A stretch of DNA of 61,966 nucleotides, filler included, from Sphacelaria rigidula (taxonomy: Eukaryota), in the NCBI GenBank assembly GCA_964200075.2. It is 8 parts of 8 records of this genome, joined end to end, with 100 filler letters (N's around TTAATTAATTAA, not from the genome) between each part and the next. Parts side by side here need not be neighbours in the genome. Positions count along the whole stretch, not along the records: positions 1 to 7,659 come from CAXNAA020013895.1; positions 7,760 to 15,418 come from CAXNAA020013896.1; 6 more parts are not named here. One strand, 5' to 3'. A model generated the notes under the pieces. That model was not told the origin of the DNA. It made no database searches and saw nothing but the letters and a program-made list of their open reading frames with translations. Positions 1-12,973 of this stretch are shown here, piece by piece (within the stretch, counting starts at the first letter, position 1; each line of letters starts with the position of its first letter). The position numbers were made by a program, and so were the translations under genes.

Positions 1-76
1 GTGCCTGTAACCTCAAATTTGGACGTTACAGACGTTGCACAAGGACTGTAACGTCCAAATTTGAGGAAGCAGGCAC
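1..76. repeat. Palindromic (hairpin) repeat unit, copy 1, truncated at contig start
   Basis: GTGCCTGTAACCTCAAATTTGGACGTTACAG, a ~14-nt loop, then CTGTAACGTCCAAATTTGAGGAAGCAGGCAC; near-identical to 253-364. Confidence 0.85.
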
Positions 77-252
77 CCCAGTGGCCACCCGCGAATCCAG
101 CCCGTGGTCAGGGGCGGAAAAAAAAAGAGCAGAACGAAAAAAAAGGAAAGGAACAGGAAAAGACAGAAGCAACAGCAACACGAAGAAAAGAAGAAAAAAA
201 GCAGCGACAACAACAATATCTTTGACTCTTCAATGATTGCAATGCTAATCGT

Positions 253-364
253 GCACGGGTGGCCGCCGGGGTGCCCATAACCTCAATTTTGGACGTTACA
301 GACGTTGCACAAGGTCTGCAATGTCCAAATTTGAGGTTGCAGGCACCCCAGAGGCCACCCGTGC
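253..364. repeat. Palindromic (hairpin) repeat unit, copy 2
   Basis: GCACGGGTGGCC...CCTCAATTTTGGACGTTACAG / CTGCAATGTCCAAATTTGAGG...GGCCACCCGTGC; same loop (ACGTTGCACAAGG) as copy 1, in direct orientation. Confidence 0.85.
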
Positions 365-2394
365 CGTTTTTGGACGGCGGGATTCAATTCAAGCCCCCAC
401 CCGACTGTTGTGCTTGGGAATCACAAATGTTGCCCAAACTAGGCGCTGGCGCACCAGTATGATAATAGGGGCGCGGCACAGAGTGTATCTAGTTGATTGG
501 ACAACTTTTTCGTACCATTTCTCTCCTCAACATAAAACAAGTGAGCACCGCACCATGCTGAGCAAACAAGAACGGTTTACTGAAACAGTTTCAGTTCTCC
601 GATGAACACGGGGGAAATGTGATGCGGTGAGCAACACGAATGGTACTGTATTCCGAAATCATGTACTAGTACAGTGCATTCATCTCACAAAATCACATAA
701 TGACCAGCTCGTCAACGTAAGTAGTTTTCGTGAGCAAGCTTTGTAGGCCTCGATGAGTTCAATTGTACTGTAGGCCTCGATGAGTTCAACTGCACATGAT
801 TTTCATGTCTGCCCAGTGTCATATAGCATGACTTCCCATTTTTTACTCATTCTGTGTACATACATGGAGATCTACAAGGTGGTGTGGTCGTATACAGATA
901 GTAATGGTGTGGGTTCAGATGAGGAGCGGTATACGTTGAGAATGGCGCTGTAGACCGGGGTAGGCCTGGCCGCAGCTGCGAGATCGGGCAGGCCTGTAAT
1001 GATCCGAGGCGCTCTCGGCTGTAGTAATACGTCGGCGGCATTGCAAGCGAACAGAGCACAAAATATCGAGTCACGTAGAAGACCATGAATACTCAATCTG
1101 CGCATGCAGTGTTCGAAGACGACAACTTGACTGCCTTCAATACAGTACCACTTGCAGCAAGCATACGCAATGTGTTGTTGTGCTTATTATTTTTATCGTT
1201 GTTGTTATGGCTGTCATGATATCAAGAGTAACTGTACAAATTATATTTATTGATTGTAGTGATGGACTTTCGAAAATTAGTATTTTTCCCGTCAGTTCAA
1301 CCTTTGTCGGTGTGGATATCTTGTGAAGTGCACACTGTAAAAAGAGTCCCCTCTAGACGCAACACACGCAAAACCCAGAATACCGATGGAAAAATTGAAA
1401 GCTGTCGGCAGTGTCAAATTCAAGAGAGATTTACGCCGACAACACCACGCCGACACCGAAACGCCTTTACGAAGCTGTTCCATAATGGTGACACTCACAG
1501 GTTGTTTCGGAAACCCGTCTCTTGCTGCTAAATAGCGTAGCTTTTGGGAGAGTAATTTTCAGACTAATTCGGCAGTTTCGAGTAGCGATTTCTTCTCCAC
1601 ACAACGCCAGGAAACCTCATCACGCTGAGGGAGCAAAAACATGTTCCCGGAGCGGCCTAGTCAGCTCGATATTTACGATAAAAACCCTTTCGCTGTCAGG
1701 GAAAAGGGGTTTTCGAAACTGTAATAATACGAGGGGTTCGGCGGCTATCGCCGCCACGCTCAATGGATCGAGAGCCAGGATACATGGGCACCGGTGATAC
1801 TCATGTGCGTTGCGTAATGGTACATGTCACAGTTTGGCAAAGTCGTAGTAGTAGCAGCTTGCTCATGAGCTGAGCACGTTGTTCGAGGCCTTGCGCAAAC
1901 CTTTTCAGAATTGTATGAGAAACGATGTCTTGTGTGAGACGCGCATCCACCATAAAGAAAAAGGGTCAGCACCCGTTGAGCTGACGCTGATCCAAATTCG
2001 AAAAATAAGTGCCGCTGAAGGGTTTATGTTTGCCTCACTCCGATAAACCCGGGGCGAGGCTATATCTCTTCCGTTTTCTTGACGTCTCTCTCCTTGAGTT
2101 TGAGTCATTTTGTCTGTTTTGTTTTGTTTCTTGTCTCTAGTCGAGAAAGCAACGATGATAACTTGCCTGAGGATCTGACTGGCTCCGCAAAATAGAAACA
2201 CATAGCTCAAGCCGTAGCTGTTCATCAACTGAGACTGCCGGGGATATCTCAGTTTATGCTGGCCTTTTCGCCGTCTCCTTCCTCGGCTCGGCATTATCAC
2301 CGCCGTAAACCTCGTGGCCCCAGACGGCGAGGGTAGTCAGTTGGGTCATGCATTTTGTTTCCCACTGAAGTTGATGCGGATTCCATTTCGGATT

Positions 2395-3270
2395 CAAATA
2401 GTGGATACCGTTATTTTCAGTGCCCCTATGGCAAATGAACCGCATGTACTGTGGCGCAGCAGCAGCAACTACAACAGCAGTCCAGAGAAAGAAAAAAATG
2501 AAGTGGAGTCGAGACACTGCGACATGCATGCAAGATCACAACGCATTTGAGGCGTGCCAACCCCGCCCCGAGCGTTCAGTGGAAAAGGACGGCACGCTGC
2601 ATACCTTTTCTGATTCTCAATTGATCATGGCGCCGATACTAGCTTTGAGTGAAAACGATGCCGATTCCAAAAATAAAAAGATTTTACTCGTTTCTAGCCA
2701 GAAGAGGATCACAGGTGTCCCGATGACAGAGTCTCATGCAAAGGCTTGACACGTGATAAACAACCCAACACAATCAGAGGTGAGCGCGGCGAACTCATTG
2801 CCCCCGCAAACACAGCATGATTGAAGGCGGGGTTGTCATTGCCCCCGCAGACCAAAAACACAAGGTTGTCAAATTTTGTCACCCACGACATAGTCCCTCT
2901 CCACTGTTGGGCATGGTGTGAGTTAAAATCCCAGATCTTGTGACTGCACTGAGATTCGAGCCCACGACCCAACCGTCAGAAGGTTTCGAGGTTACCAACT
3001 GAGCCACTGGAGCGACCGGCTGCCGACTCGAATCTGAAATAGAAGCCATTGTTTTTAGCGCCTCATGAAAAATAAATGGCATGTACGGTAGAGTAGCAGC
3101 AGCAGCAGCAGCTACAACAGCAGTCCAGAGACAGTAAAAGTGGAGTACAGTGGAGACCATGCGACATGCGGGCAATGTTACAACATGCTCCAGGTGTGCC
3201 CCGAGATTGAACGGAGAGCGATGACACACTGACGTTCCGGACAGTTCCGATTCATCTGAGCATGATGCCG
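2395..3270. repeat. Diverged direct duplication (~2395-2640 vs ~3035-3270) with a SINE between the copies
   Basis: Shared GCATGTAC...GCAGCAGCAGCA.CTACAACAGCAGTCCAGAGA...GTGGAGT...GCGACATGC; boundaries approximate. Confidence 0.65.
2871..3021 (-). mobile_element. tRNA-derived SINE, head plus partial body
   Basis: Minus strand reads GCCGGTCGCTCCAGTGGCTCAGTTGGTAA (A box)...GGGCTCGAATCTC (B box); homologous to 38794-38964 and 39698-40086. Confidence 0.8.
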
Positions 3271-3974
3271 CTTAAATTATCAAGTGAAAACGATACCGGT
3301 TCCACGAATGATCGTCGTCTGTGAACGGTCGAGAGGTGGCACCTCCGACGGTCAAATGGTCCATCGTCCATCGAGGAAATGCATCTGACGAAAAATATCG
3401 AAACGTCAAAACGACACGAAGAAAACAGCGCGGTCGTATGATCGGCAAAAAAGTGTACTCTAAAATCAAGTAAAGAAGAAATTCAAGTAAAGAAGAAATG
3501 TTGGCTTCTCAGAGCGTCAGAGAACGAAATGACCCCGAAAGGTGTGTAATCTAAAATCAAGTGAAAAAATACACCGAAAGTGCACCTGTCTGCAGGGATG
3601 CCATTTGACCGAAATCTAAATTTCTGTATATGATAGTAATGGCAATAGCAGCAGATATTACGTTCATATTTGAATTGTTATGGTCGCTGTTGACGTTTCA
3701 ATTAACATCTTCATTACCGTGTTATGTTCTTAATGTATGTTGTTAGTGTATGTTCATCATTTAGCAGTCATCCCTCCTTTTGTTTTCCCTCTGTGTCCAC
3801 TGTTACTTATCACGACATCTACTATGTTCTGTGCTATCGATGTTGGGCAGCGACCAGAATGAAGTGTCACTAGTTGTCCTGAGGTATAGTGGCCCGCGGC
3901 CTGTTTGTGGCAATACGAAACATGAATTTAATCCGATTTCCGTCGGCTTTGCCGAGAACAAACGGTTTTGCGCC

Positions 3975-5130
3975 TTGCTGCACACGCACGGCGAGAAAAG
4001 CCGAAAGAGAGCGAGTGAGGTGGTGCGTACTGCACCAACAGAGTTGCGGCTAATCAATCAACCAGCGCAACCCTGTACCCCAAACTGTCTCCAAGCTGCG
4101 ACGTGCATTTATTTCGGTATATTCTTGTCTTTGCGGATGCGTAATCTGTTTTCGCCATATTTGTACCGACTATGGCGCCTTTTCCACCTTGTCTTTGCCA
4201 TTGCCGTACCCCTTGGTGCGGCCTCTATCGATATGGCCGGACCGTCTTTATGGGGCAGTGGTCGTCATCATACTGATGATGACACATCTCCGCACAACGA
4301 TCGACCCGTTCCAACCGTATCTGCCATGGAAAACAGTAGCTGACTATTGTACCCTGCAGTGGTCAAAGACATCACGGGTTACCTTGCTCTGACCACTTCC
4401 TTATAATTATCAAACGTGGTGGTGGTTCATCATCGTTGTTCGTTAGTCACTCACCTCTTTTACCGTCGGGCCGCGGTGGTCAAACTAATACATCGAAGGA
4501 CCCGTTTCTGGGGACGTGGTTGGGTTGGACTGGTGGCTCGATGGCAGACAGACCGACAGGATCATCACGTGATGATGTGCGGTTTATCATTACTCTTCAT
4601 TTCGTCGTCCAAAGCGTGGAGACGCGACTGGTCAATCAAATGTCTGCGGGCTGCGAGAGTGGTGGGTCAGCTGATTGGTTGATTGGCCATCGTACGTTCG
4701 CTGGTCCGCTACGAACACAGCCGTGAACACACGTAAGGTGGAAGTTCTCAAGCGGCAATAACGAGCATGCTTGCTATAGTGCAAACATTCGAGAATGGGT
4801 AAACATGAAGAGGCAGGAAGGCAACAAGCAGCGGGGTAAACTCTCAATAAAAACGAAGAAAAGAAAGATGAAATGAAGAGCAAGGAAAGGAACGGAATAA
4901 ATAACCCCCCAGAATGTCGTATCGTTGAGCGTATCCTATCACCCAGTGCCGGGGGAGAGAGTGGTTCCTGACGACTATGGGCTCATCTCGAGGAGTGGGG
5001 GAGGGGGGAAGAAGATATCACGAATTCAAGTACATTCATGATTCATGTTGCCCCGTTGTCTCCGACCCATGATCATGAGTCATAGGTCAGAAGGGGCAAT
5101 GCAAGGTGTTTTTTTATCTTCAGTAGGCAT
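3975..5130. mobile_element. ~1.1-kb repeat, left copy of a diverged inverted pair (partner 6540-7659)
   Basis: Blocks such as GTCACTCACCTCTTTTACCGTCGGGCCGCGGTGGTCAAACTAATACATC and CCCTGTACCCCAAACTG recur reverse-complemented at ~7145-7195 and ~7558-7575; boundaries approximate. Confidence 0.75.
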
Positions 5131-6539
5131 ACTCTTGGCCATCCCCCTCCCACAGGACGACGGCATTATCTCAAGGGATCACACCACTCATTGCCTGGTA
5201 CTTTTCCTGGCAATAGATGGTCGAGTATTGTTAAATCAGCACTCTCGTAGCCTCTCAATTTCCCTCTCAATTGGTTCATGCTTACTCGCGCCCTCACGCT
5301 TCCCGACGACGGACTGATAGAGAGACTTTACTGCCGTCATTCGAACCCATGAAGTCAGCCGAAGCGGGTCGTTGATGGACCAGTTTGACTACCGAATTGT
5401 ATGGGCGCGATAATGACAAATGTGGAATGCCGTGTGTGCGCCTTATCGTGCCAATTTTATGCAGCGCGAAGTGCGTTCTTCAGAGAGCACCGACTACTCT
5501 CGGTCAAGCCTCGGATATATACTTTTCATGAAGGGGTTGTGACGAAGATCTCGTTACTCCCCGCCGCTTGATAGCGCTTCGTCGACATGTACAACTGCTC
5601 CGACTTTCGACAAATACCGAGATAGTTTCATTCGATCGTTCCGTCCTATTAACTACAATAGTCAAGATCTAAATGTTGAGTAGACTGTGCGTAGCGGGGC
5701 TACGTGGAGGTGTCGGCGCACAGAAAGGGGAGCATTTTCCCCGGAAACGCTCACCAACGGGACCTTGACGTCCTCGTAAGAGTACAACTAGACCTTCGAA
5801 CACGCGCGTTTCTAGGACTGACTGAGAGAAAGCATTGGCTATATGCATGTCCCCCATGTTTATTTTCTTCTCATGTTGGAGAGACAACACTAGAGCATCA
5901 TCTTCGTAGGCCTAATAGCAGCACACAATGCGGCAGAAACATTGAAGAAGACGCCTCGCACTTCAATCTACATCTCACGTAGCGGTAGCTTTGCATATTC
6001 TTCGATTATTGTTGGGTCGCTACTCCCGGCGCACATGTCACTAGCTGGCGACGCGGTATCCACGAACGTTGTCTGGTAGACGAACACGGGAGAATCGGTT
6101 GAGTTTAGCGTCAGGATTACGTCCTGGCAAAACGTAGGGGTGTGCACAACTCTTTTGTCCCCGCTCTCGTGACTTTCCGCCTGTACGCTTGTTGCTGGTT
6201 TTTTGGCTAGTTTTTTTGGCTGGTTTGTCCCAACCCACTACAGTTAAACTCATGGAAACATATAGTAACGGCACAAATATAAAGCAAAGTGAAGACGGAA
6301 AAAAACACCAGGACAACACTGACCCTTTTGATCATGAATATTTCTACACAATAGAACGATTCACCAGGCCGACCAGAAGAAAAGACGCGCTCGCCTCGAC
6401 TGTTTCATGCTGCATTCCCCTCAACATCTTAGGTTTCGGTTCCTGCTGAGAAGGAATTTCCGCGGGGTTTGGCTATTGGATTACCTCCACTTCTCGTGGG
6501 TCTACCACCTCTTCGCTTGAAGGTAGGGCTCGTCAAATG

Positions 6540-7659
6540 CGGTAGTGTTCCCCGTTTGACGGTATGATGCGAGGGAGGGGGGACGGGGTGCACTCACGAT
6601 TATGGGTCTGAGAGAAACGGGGCGATATAGCACATGAATAAACGCGAACTCGTGATATATTCACCGCCCTGCCGCCCTCGTCGAGACGAGTCTGTAGTGA
6701 TGAGGGACCCATCTCTCTGCCAGTACCTGTGTGATAGTATATGCTAAAGGACTGGATGTTTTTGTATTGTAGGGACGTTGTTTTTTCTTTCTTTTCTTTC
6801 CTACCCCGTTTTATTCGTTTTTTGGGCGTACAGTTTTCTCCGCTGCTTGTTGCCTTGTTGCCTCTTCAAATTCCCTTTCTCGACTTTTTATAGTGTTTCA
6901 AGCATTTTCATTTTTTGGCCTTGAGAACCTCCATCTTGTGATCGCGGCTGTCTTCGTAGCAAACCAGCGAAGATGCGATCATCAACCAACCAATCAGCTG
7001 GACCACCACTCCCGTAGCCCGTCGACTTTCACCTACGTTTTATTTTGTAGTCGCGTCTTCATACCTTCGACGACGGAAATCAGAGTACTGATGAACCCTA
7101 CAGTACATCATATTTGTGTCTGTCTGTCGACGAAACGGGCGGTTTGATGTACTAGTTTGACCACCGCGGCCCGAGGGTAGAAAAGGTGAGTGACTGATGA
7201 ACAACGATGATGAATCACCACAACTTGTGATGGTCGTAAGATAGTGATCAGAATAAGGTAACCCTTGACGTATTTCACCACTCCAGGGTATACAATAGTC
7301 AATCACTATTTTTCAAGGCAAATCCGGTTGGAAGTGGTCGATCATCCGGGGGGGATGTATCGTCATCAGTACGATAGCGAGCACTGCCCCATGCTGAACG
7401 GATCGGCCATATCAATAATAGCCGCACGAAAAGGTATAGCAATGGCAAAGGCCAGGTGAAAAAGGCGCTAGAGTCAGCAAAAAGCAAAATATCCGGAAAT
7501 AAGGACGCTCCCGCAGAGAAAAGAACAGACGGAACAAATGCACGGTGCCGTACTGGGGCAGTTTGGGGTACAGGGCCGCGCTGGTTGATGGGTTGCCGGC
7601 AACTGAGCACGCACCACCTGGCTTGCTCTTTTCCGTGTCTTCTAGCCGTGCATGTGCAA
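6540..7659. mobile_element. ~1.1-kb repeat, right (inverted) copy, cut by contig end
   Basis: Collinear reverse-complement similarity to 3975-5130. Confidence 0.75.
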
Positions 7660-7759
7660 NNNNNNNNNNNNNNNNNNNNNNNNNNNNNNNNNNNNNNNNN
7701 NNNTTAATTAATTAANNNNNNNNNNNNNNNNNNNNNNNNNNNNNNNNNNNNNNNNNNNN
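7660..7759. other. Artificial contig linker
   Basis: N44-TTAATTAATTAA-N44, giving stops in all six frames. Confidence 0.99.
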
Positions 7760-10700
7760 CCCCCGCCCGAAAGGGGTGCGTGGTTAATGGGCAAACCCCC
7801 AAGGCAAGCAAAACATGAGAACCCCCCCCCCCCCCCCTCCATTATCTTAGCATCACTCTCTGTTCAGAACGTTGTGGCAGTCTGTGCTCGCATCAAGGGT
7901 ATGCCGTGCCGCGGCCAAGCGACACACACTAGGCACACCAGTACCGTGCAATATGTAGGAAATGTGCCCTTCTCCCCGCAGCCGGCCCCGAACAGGCAAG
8001 AATACGCCTCACAGTCACAGGTACCTATAATCTAGTACACACGAGGCGCATCGATTCGGGTTTTTCCGTGAAGCTTCACAGGGTGAAGATATTTCCCGCG
8101 CTGCTGCTGTCCTGTCGGAACAGATTGACGAAGCACAGCACTGCGGGTAACGATTGTTCCAACGTGCAAACCCTTGGTATGGCACAGTCACTGCCACGAG
8201 TTGTTGGACGTAGCTCTCTGAACGAGTTCTACTGCCCGAAGTTCTATCCGCGATACTGCAGTTATATTTCGTACGAAGACCTCCGATGTTTGGAAGACCC
8301 CAGATATCTGGCAGACATTTCATGTCCCGACAGCAACACGGGAGGACACTTGGACACTGAGAAAAAAACTGACGTGTAAAATTAAATCAAGGAAGAAACA
8401 AGGCGAAATCAGTGCAAGCGCTCAGTCTGTCCTGACTGACTGGGATCACGAAAAATATCGTACAGAAAACTGATACTGGTTCGAGACCGGACTACGACCG
8501 AACAACAAAAATTCAGCACGTGCAGCATTGCCCACAACAAGAGTATTTAAGGTTTTCATGTCGTACGCAATTGAAAAACGAAGAACTCAAAATTCTGACC
8601 GGTGATGCACTGCACAATCTATAACTACAGCTCATCTGCAGTTGTCTGCTAATGAATGTCGGGTAAAAATGTCGTGCAACTAGTTGTCTGTTGGCAGCTA
8701 CTAGATGGGTGAAAACGTTACGTAACTGGTCGCCTGCAGACAACTATTGGATGACAAAAATGTGCAACTACTTGTATGTAGACAACGTTTTGTCGAAAGG
8801 TTCGCGCAATCAGGGAACCAGTTTGATGTGAACAACTCAGATGGGAACTTACGCAAGTAGCTATGTAAGAATAACTACAGCTGAATCAACAACTCAACTA
8901 CACAAACTGCAGATTTACACAGCTATTAGGCCTGCACACGGAACGACCAGTCAATTCCCGGATGTTGAGACATGCTCATAGTCAGTGGCCCAGGTGCCAT
9001 TAAACCCAAGTAATTAGTCTCAGTTGGACTGTGTGACGAACACAAGAGGGTTTTTGCAACCTGCCAACGGGATACGTTTTGAGGTATCGCCGCACAAAAT
9101 CAACAATGCCAGCTGCGATATATCGCGCCTACATGCAACTAGAGTTGTTGTGCTCACTCGCAGTGAGCATACAACGGTGTCTTGGAATGACCTATGGATA
9201 GTTCGTGTTCGATGCAACTCATGCTCACCCATGCTATGGAGGCTACAGAAGAGACTTGAGCAGCCCTTACTGCCTTCTTGACGTTATTTAAAGCTCCCTG
9301 GCAATTTTTGCAGTTCTTGACGTGTGCCTGCGCAGAGCAAAGGCGTGCACACAGGTTTGCGGTTGTGTGTGATGTAATTTACATCATACATGATGGAGCA
9401 GCATTCAACAAGATCGTTGTCTCTGTGTGCTCGTGCAGACCACAATACGCGGATCAGGATGAAGGCCCCTGATTCCCGGTAAATCCGAGGGCAAGGCACT
9501 GTCAACCAACTTGGTTCGTCAATGCAAATAATGAATTGCTTGGGGTCTAATCATGCTGGAGGCTGGAGGCACCCAGAGCACATACCTCGTAGACGTTGAA
9601 TAGATCGTCCTGCTGCGTTGCACGGTGCGGTAGAGCCTTGTCACAGCCAGCATCCCAAGCTGGACCGCCAGAGCCGAACTTAGCAATCCAACGCCTCCTA
9701 AGCATACAAGGAGGTGAACGCCGTGAAAAAATGGGCAGAGATAAATTGGAAACAACGCGCGTGGTATCTCCATCATAAAAATGCGCACGATTACAACCAA
9801 GATATCTGACGAACGATTCCGGGAACGTAAGCAGCGCGCTTACCCATACCTAACACGCAAGAATGCACTTGATATCCTGCGTTGGTCAATGTACCGAGAA
9901 ATTCTTCGACGTACCTGGGCACGGGGCACGACGTTTTTTTTCTTTTCCTTGATGGAAGAAGGCAACCCAACCCAACACTTACCCCGCTGGCGATCGCAAA
10001 GAGCACGACGGTGGCGTCCCGTGTTACTTTTGACCTCCTACTGGGGAGGTTTATTCCACGGCGCACTCACAAGGCAAGTACGCCACGATCGACCTCGCAT
10101 GGCGTGAAGGTAATGTTGCCGTAGTTTGAGCTGTCAACTCCAGCAGACACCAATGTTCTTTCCTGCACAGAGACAGGAAACAAAAAACCGAGGTATGGCA
10201 CGATGACGTACTTTATAAGGCATGGCGGAGTACAAGCGAGTAGGGCCACGTCATTGTATAGGAAGTACCCTTGATGCCGCCAAACAGGAATATATTTGTA
10301 AACGATCGGGAAAACGTGTGGCACACACAGTGGACAATGCATATCAAACGGGGCAACACGTGCGTCTCCTGTCGGAAGATCGACATTTGCTACATCGCGA
10401 AATTTCTTTTTGATGCATTTTCTTGAAGCATCCAGTGGTTGCCAGTTGAACGACACGTGGCTACATGTGGCGTCGGACCCGACTTGTTCTGTCTATCTCA
10501 CCTCTAAGCCTCCCCCTACGTCGGAACGAGTGCGTAACCTCAAAGTATCAACCCATTTTTCCCCCGGTACACGTCTTACATTCTGGTACCGCGGATTGGA
10601 TCAGTCCTTTTGCACCGCGTCAACTGTCCTTGAAAAAACTCAGCCTCGCAGACGGTTTTGCTGCTCACATCAAGGGTCTATATCGGCAGAAAACATCTGT

Positions 10701-11281
10701 ACACACAACCCCCCCGCTCCCGGAGGGAATTGTTTTGAAAAAAAAGTCATGATTTTGTATATATTTTGTTAAATATCGTTGAGGAATTTGGTCAAGAATT
10801 ACCGATAAAACCGAAAGGTCTGGTGGACTTTGCGAGGTTCGTATACTCGCTTCTTCTCCTTTCCAGCTTTGTCGCGGTGACCTCGGAGGCCGGCCACGCT
10901 CACACGCATGTATGCACACGAGCGCAAGGTAGCGACAGCCTATAGCCAAAGTAGCGACATCTGTTGATATGAGAAGCCTTTCCAGTGTAGTCTACAGTAC
11001 CGACAAGCCACGGTACAGAGGTACCTGTCTTCACGGGTTATGACGGTTACACGCGGTGGGATTTGATACCACAGTCTCCGCTTACCACGGTCTTGGGTAG
11101 CCACACGAGCTCACTTTGTCCTCTTCCTTCTTTTCCTTCCTTGACTTGCTTAGTCAAGCTATGTAATACTACTCTTCTACAACAACATGATCGGCTCAGC
11201 CGTGTCCTTTGATCGACTTCATCAGTCGTCTCTGGCTGTCCCTGTTTACGGATCACGCATCAAGGAACACTCTCGAGGACC

Positions 11282-12249
11282 TGTTGCAGGTTAAGGGCAA
11301 CGCCCGGTTAAGGGCAACGTTTCGCTTAAGGGCAAGCGGTCCGGATTAAGGGCAAGCGCCCCTGACTATGGGGAAGCGCCCCTGGTTAGGGGGGAACGAC
11401 CCGGATTGGGGGCAAGCGCCCCTGACTATGGGTAAGCGTACCTGGGTAAGGGGAAGCGCCCCTGACGTTGGGGAAGCGCACCTGAGTAGGGGGAAGCGCA
11501 CCCGGGGAAGGGGAAGCGCACCTTGGTAGGGGGGAGCGCACCTGGATACGGGCTAGCGCCCCTGAATATTGGCATCTGCCCCTAGCGACGGAGAAGCGAT
11601 ACACGTATCGTCATCATATTCCCGAATCAGCGGAAGAATGCCAAACTGTCTAGGGCGTGCTAAGTGTAATGCGTGAGAGGACCGCGTGCTTAGAGGACCG
11701 CGTGCTTAGAGGACCGCATCGAAATTTGAATATCCCTATGGTTAGGGTTAAGGTTAGGGTTAGTGTCGGGGTCATGGTCAAGGGCGTAGTACCTGCAAGG
11801 ACTGGCCGGATTGGTTTTGAAAAACGTCGACCCTGAGGTGTTTTGAACTACGGCGCGGTCCTCTAAGCACGCGGTCCTCTCACGCATTACACTAAGGACC
11901 CACGATACCCTAACCCTAGCCCTAACCCTAACCTGTATCGCGTGCCCACGAGCGAGAGACGCCTGTATCGTGTGCTCACGAGCCAGAGACACACGTATCG
12001 TGGGTCCTTAGCACGCCCTAGACAGTTTGGCATACTTCGACTGATTCGGGAATATGTTGACGATACGTGTATCGCTTCTCCGTCGCTAGGGGCAGATGCC
12101 AATAATCAGAGGCGCTTCCCCTTACCCAGGTGCGCTTCCCCATAGTCAGGGGCGCTTCCCCATAGTCAGGGGCGCTTGCCCTTAATCCAGACCGCTTGCC
12201 CTTAAGCGAAAAGTTGCCCTTAACCGGGCGTTGCCCGTAACCTGCAACA
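11282..12249. mobile_element. Foldback/MITE with long TIRs of ~20-bp tandem subrepeats, TGT...ACA ends (Ginger-like termini) and internal (CCCTAA)-like repeats
   Basis: Starts TGTTGCAGGTTAAGGGCAACGCCCGGTTAAGGGCAAC and ends GTTGCCCTTAACCGGGCGTTGCCCGTAACCTGCAACA; flanks GGACC/GGGCC (5-bp TSD, 1 mismatch); CCCTAACCCTAGCCCTAACCCTAAC at ~11908-11932. Confidence 0.85.
11665..11891. mobile_element. MITE nested in the element above, with telomere-like core
   Basis: TIR TGTAATGCGTGAGAGGACCGCGTGCTTAGAGGACCGC; perfect 5-bp TSD CTAAG (11660-11664 / 11892-11896); internal GTTAGGGTTAAGGTTAGGGTTAG. Confidence 0.92.
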
Positions 12250-12762
12250 GGGCCCGTTTGATTTGCCAACGGCTTGTGGTCCTAACATTCGACTAAGATG
12301 GCAGGACCAAGGGACGCGGTCATACCCCCAACAGCGACCGGGGACGACGCGGCCTTTAGAAGCAGTTTGTATGAAGCAAAGGCAGCGATGCCCCGATTAG
12401 TGCACGGGGCACTGCCCGCGGGTGGAGAGAAGAAGTCAGGTAGTGACACACACCTCACCACGCGCTCGGGATTTGGGACGTCCCGGCACAGCACGGTCGA
12501 AAGACTAGTTCAGGCTAGCTCTGGGGAGTGGACTTTGTTCCTGAGCTATCCACTGCACCTGTGGGAGACGTGTTGTGCGAAAACGACGTTACCACTCAGC
12601 TGCAACACTTTGCAGGGGGCGCGCACCGTCTACCCTGTGCGCGAAGAAGGGGTAAAGAAGATTCATCGGGGGCACATGTACCAAACGTGAGTACTACACC
12701 GAATGGGGTGGTACCGCGGGGATTTCTTGATTTGCAAGGTGTTTTACCTCCCGAGACTACAG

Positions 12763-12973
12763 TGTAATGCGTGAGAGGACCGCGTGCTTAGGGGACCGCG
12801 GCGTAGTCCAAACCACCCCAGGATCGACATCTTTTTACACCAATCGGGCCAGTCCCTGCAGGTACCACGCCCCTGACCCTAACCCCAACACTAACCCTAA
12901 CCCCAACCCGAACCATACGGATATTCAAATTCAGATGCGGTCCTCCAAGCACGCGGTCCTCTCACGCATTACA
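12763..12973. mobile_element. Second copy of the 11665-11891 MITE, opposite orientation
   Basis: Same TIRs TGTAATGCGTGAGAGGACCGCG...CGCGGTCCTCTCACGCATTACA; internal CCCTAACCCCAACACTAACCCTAACCCC; flanks ACAG/ACGG. Confidence 0.9.

Noticed and set aside
11290..11570. CRISPR-like array of GGGGAAGCGC repeats
   Set aside because: The ~20-bp units are contiguous, mirrored in the opposite TIR and lack unique spacers; there are no cas genes and the context is eukaryotic.
11740..11935. True telomere or chromosome end
   Set aside because: There are only a few degenerate units, and they lie inside TIR elements.
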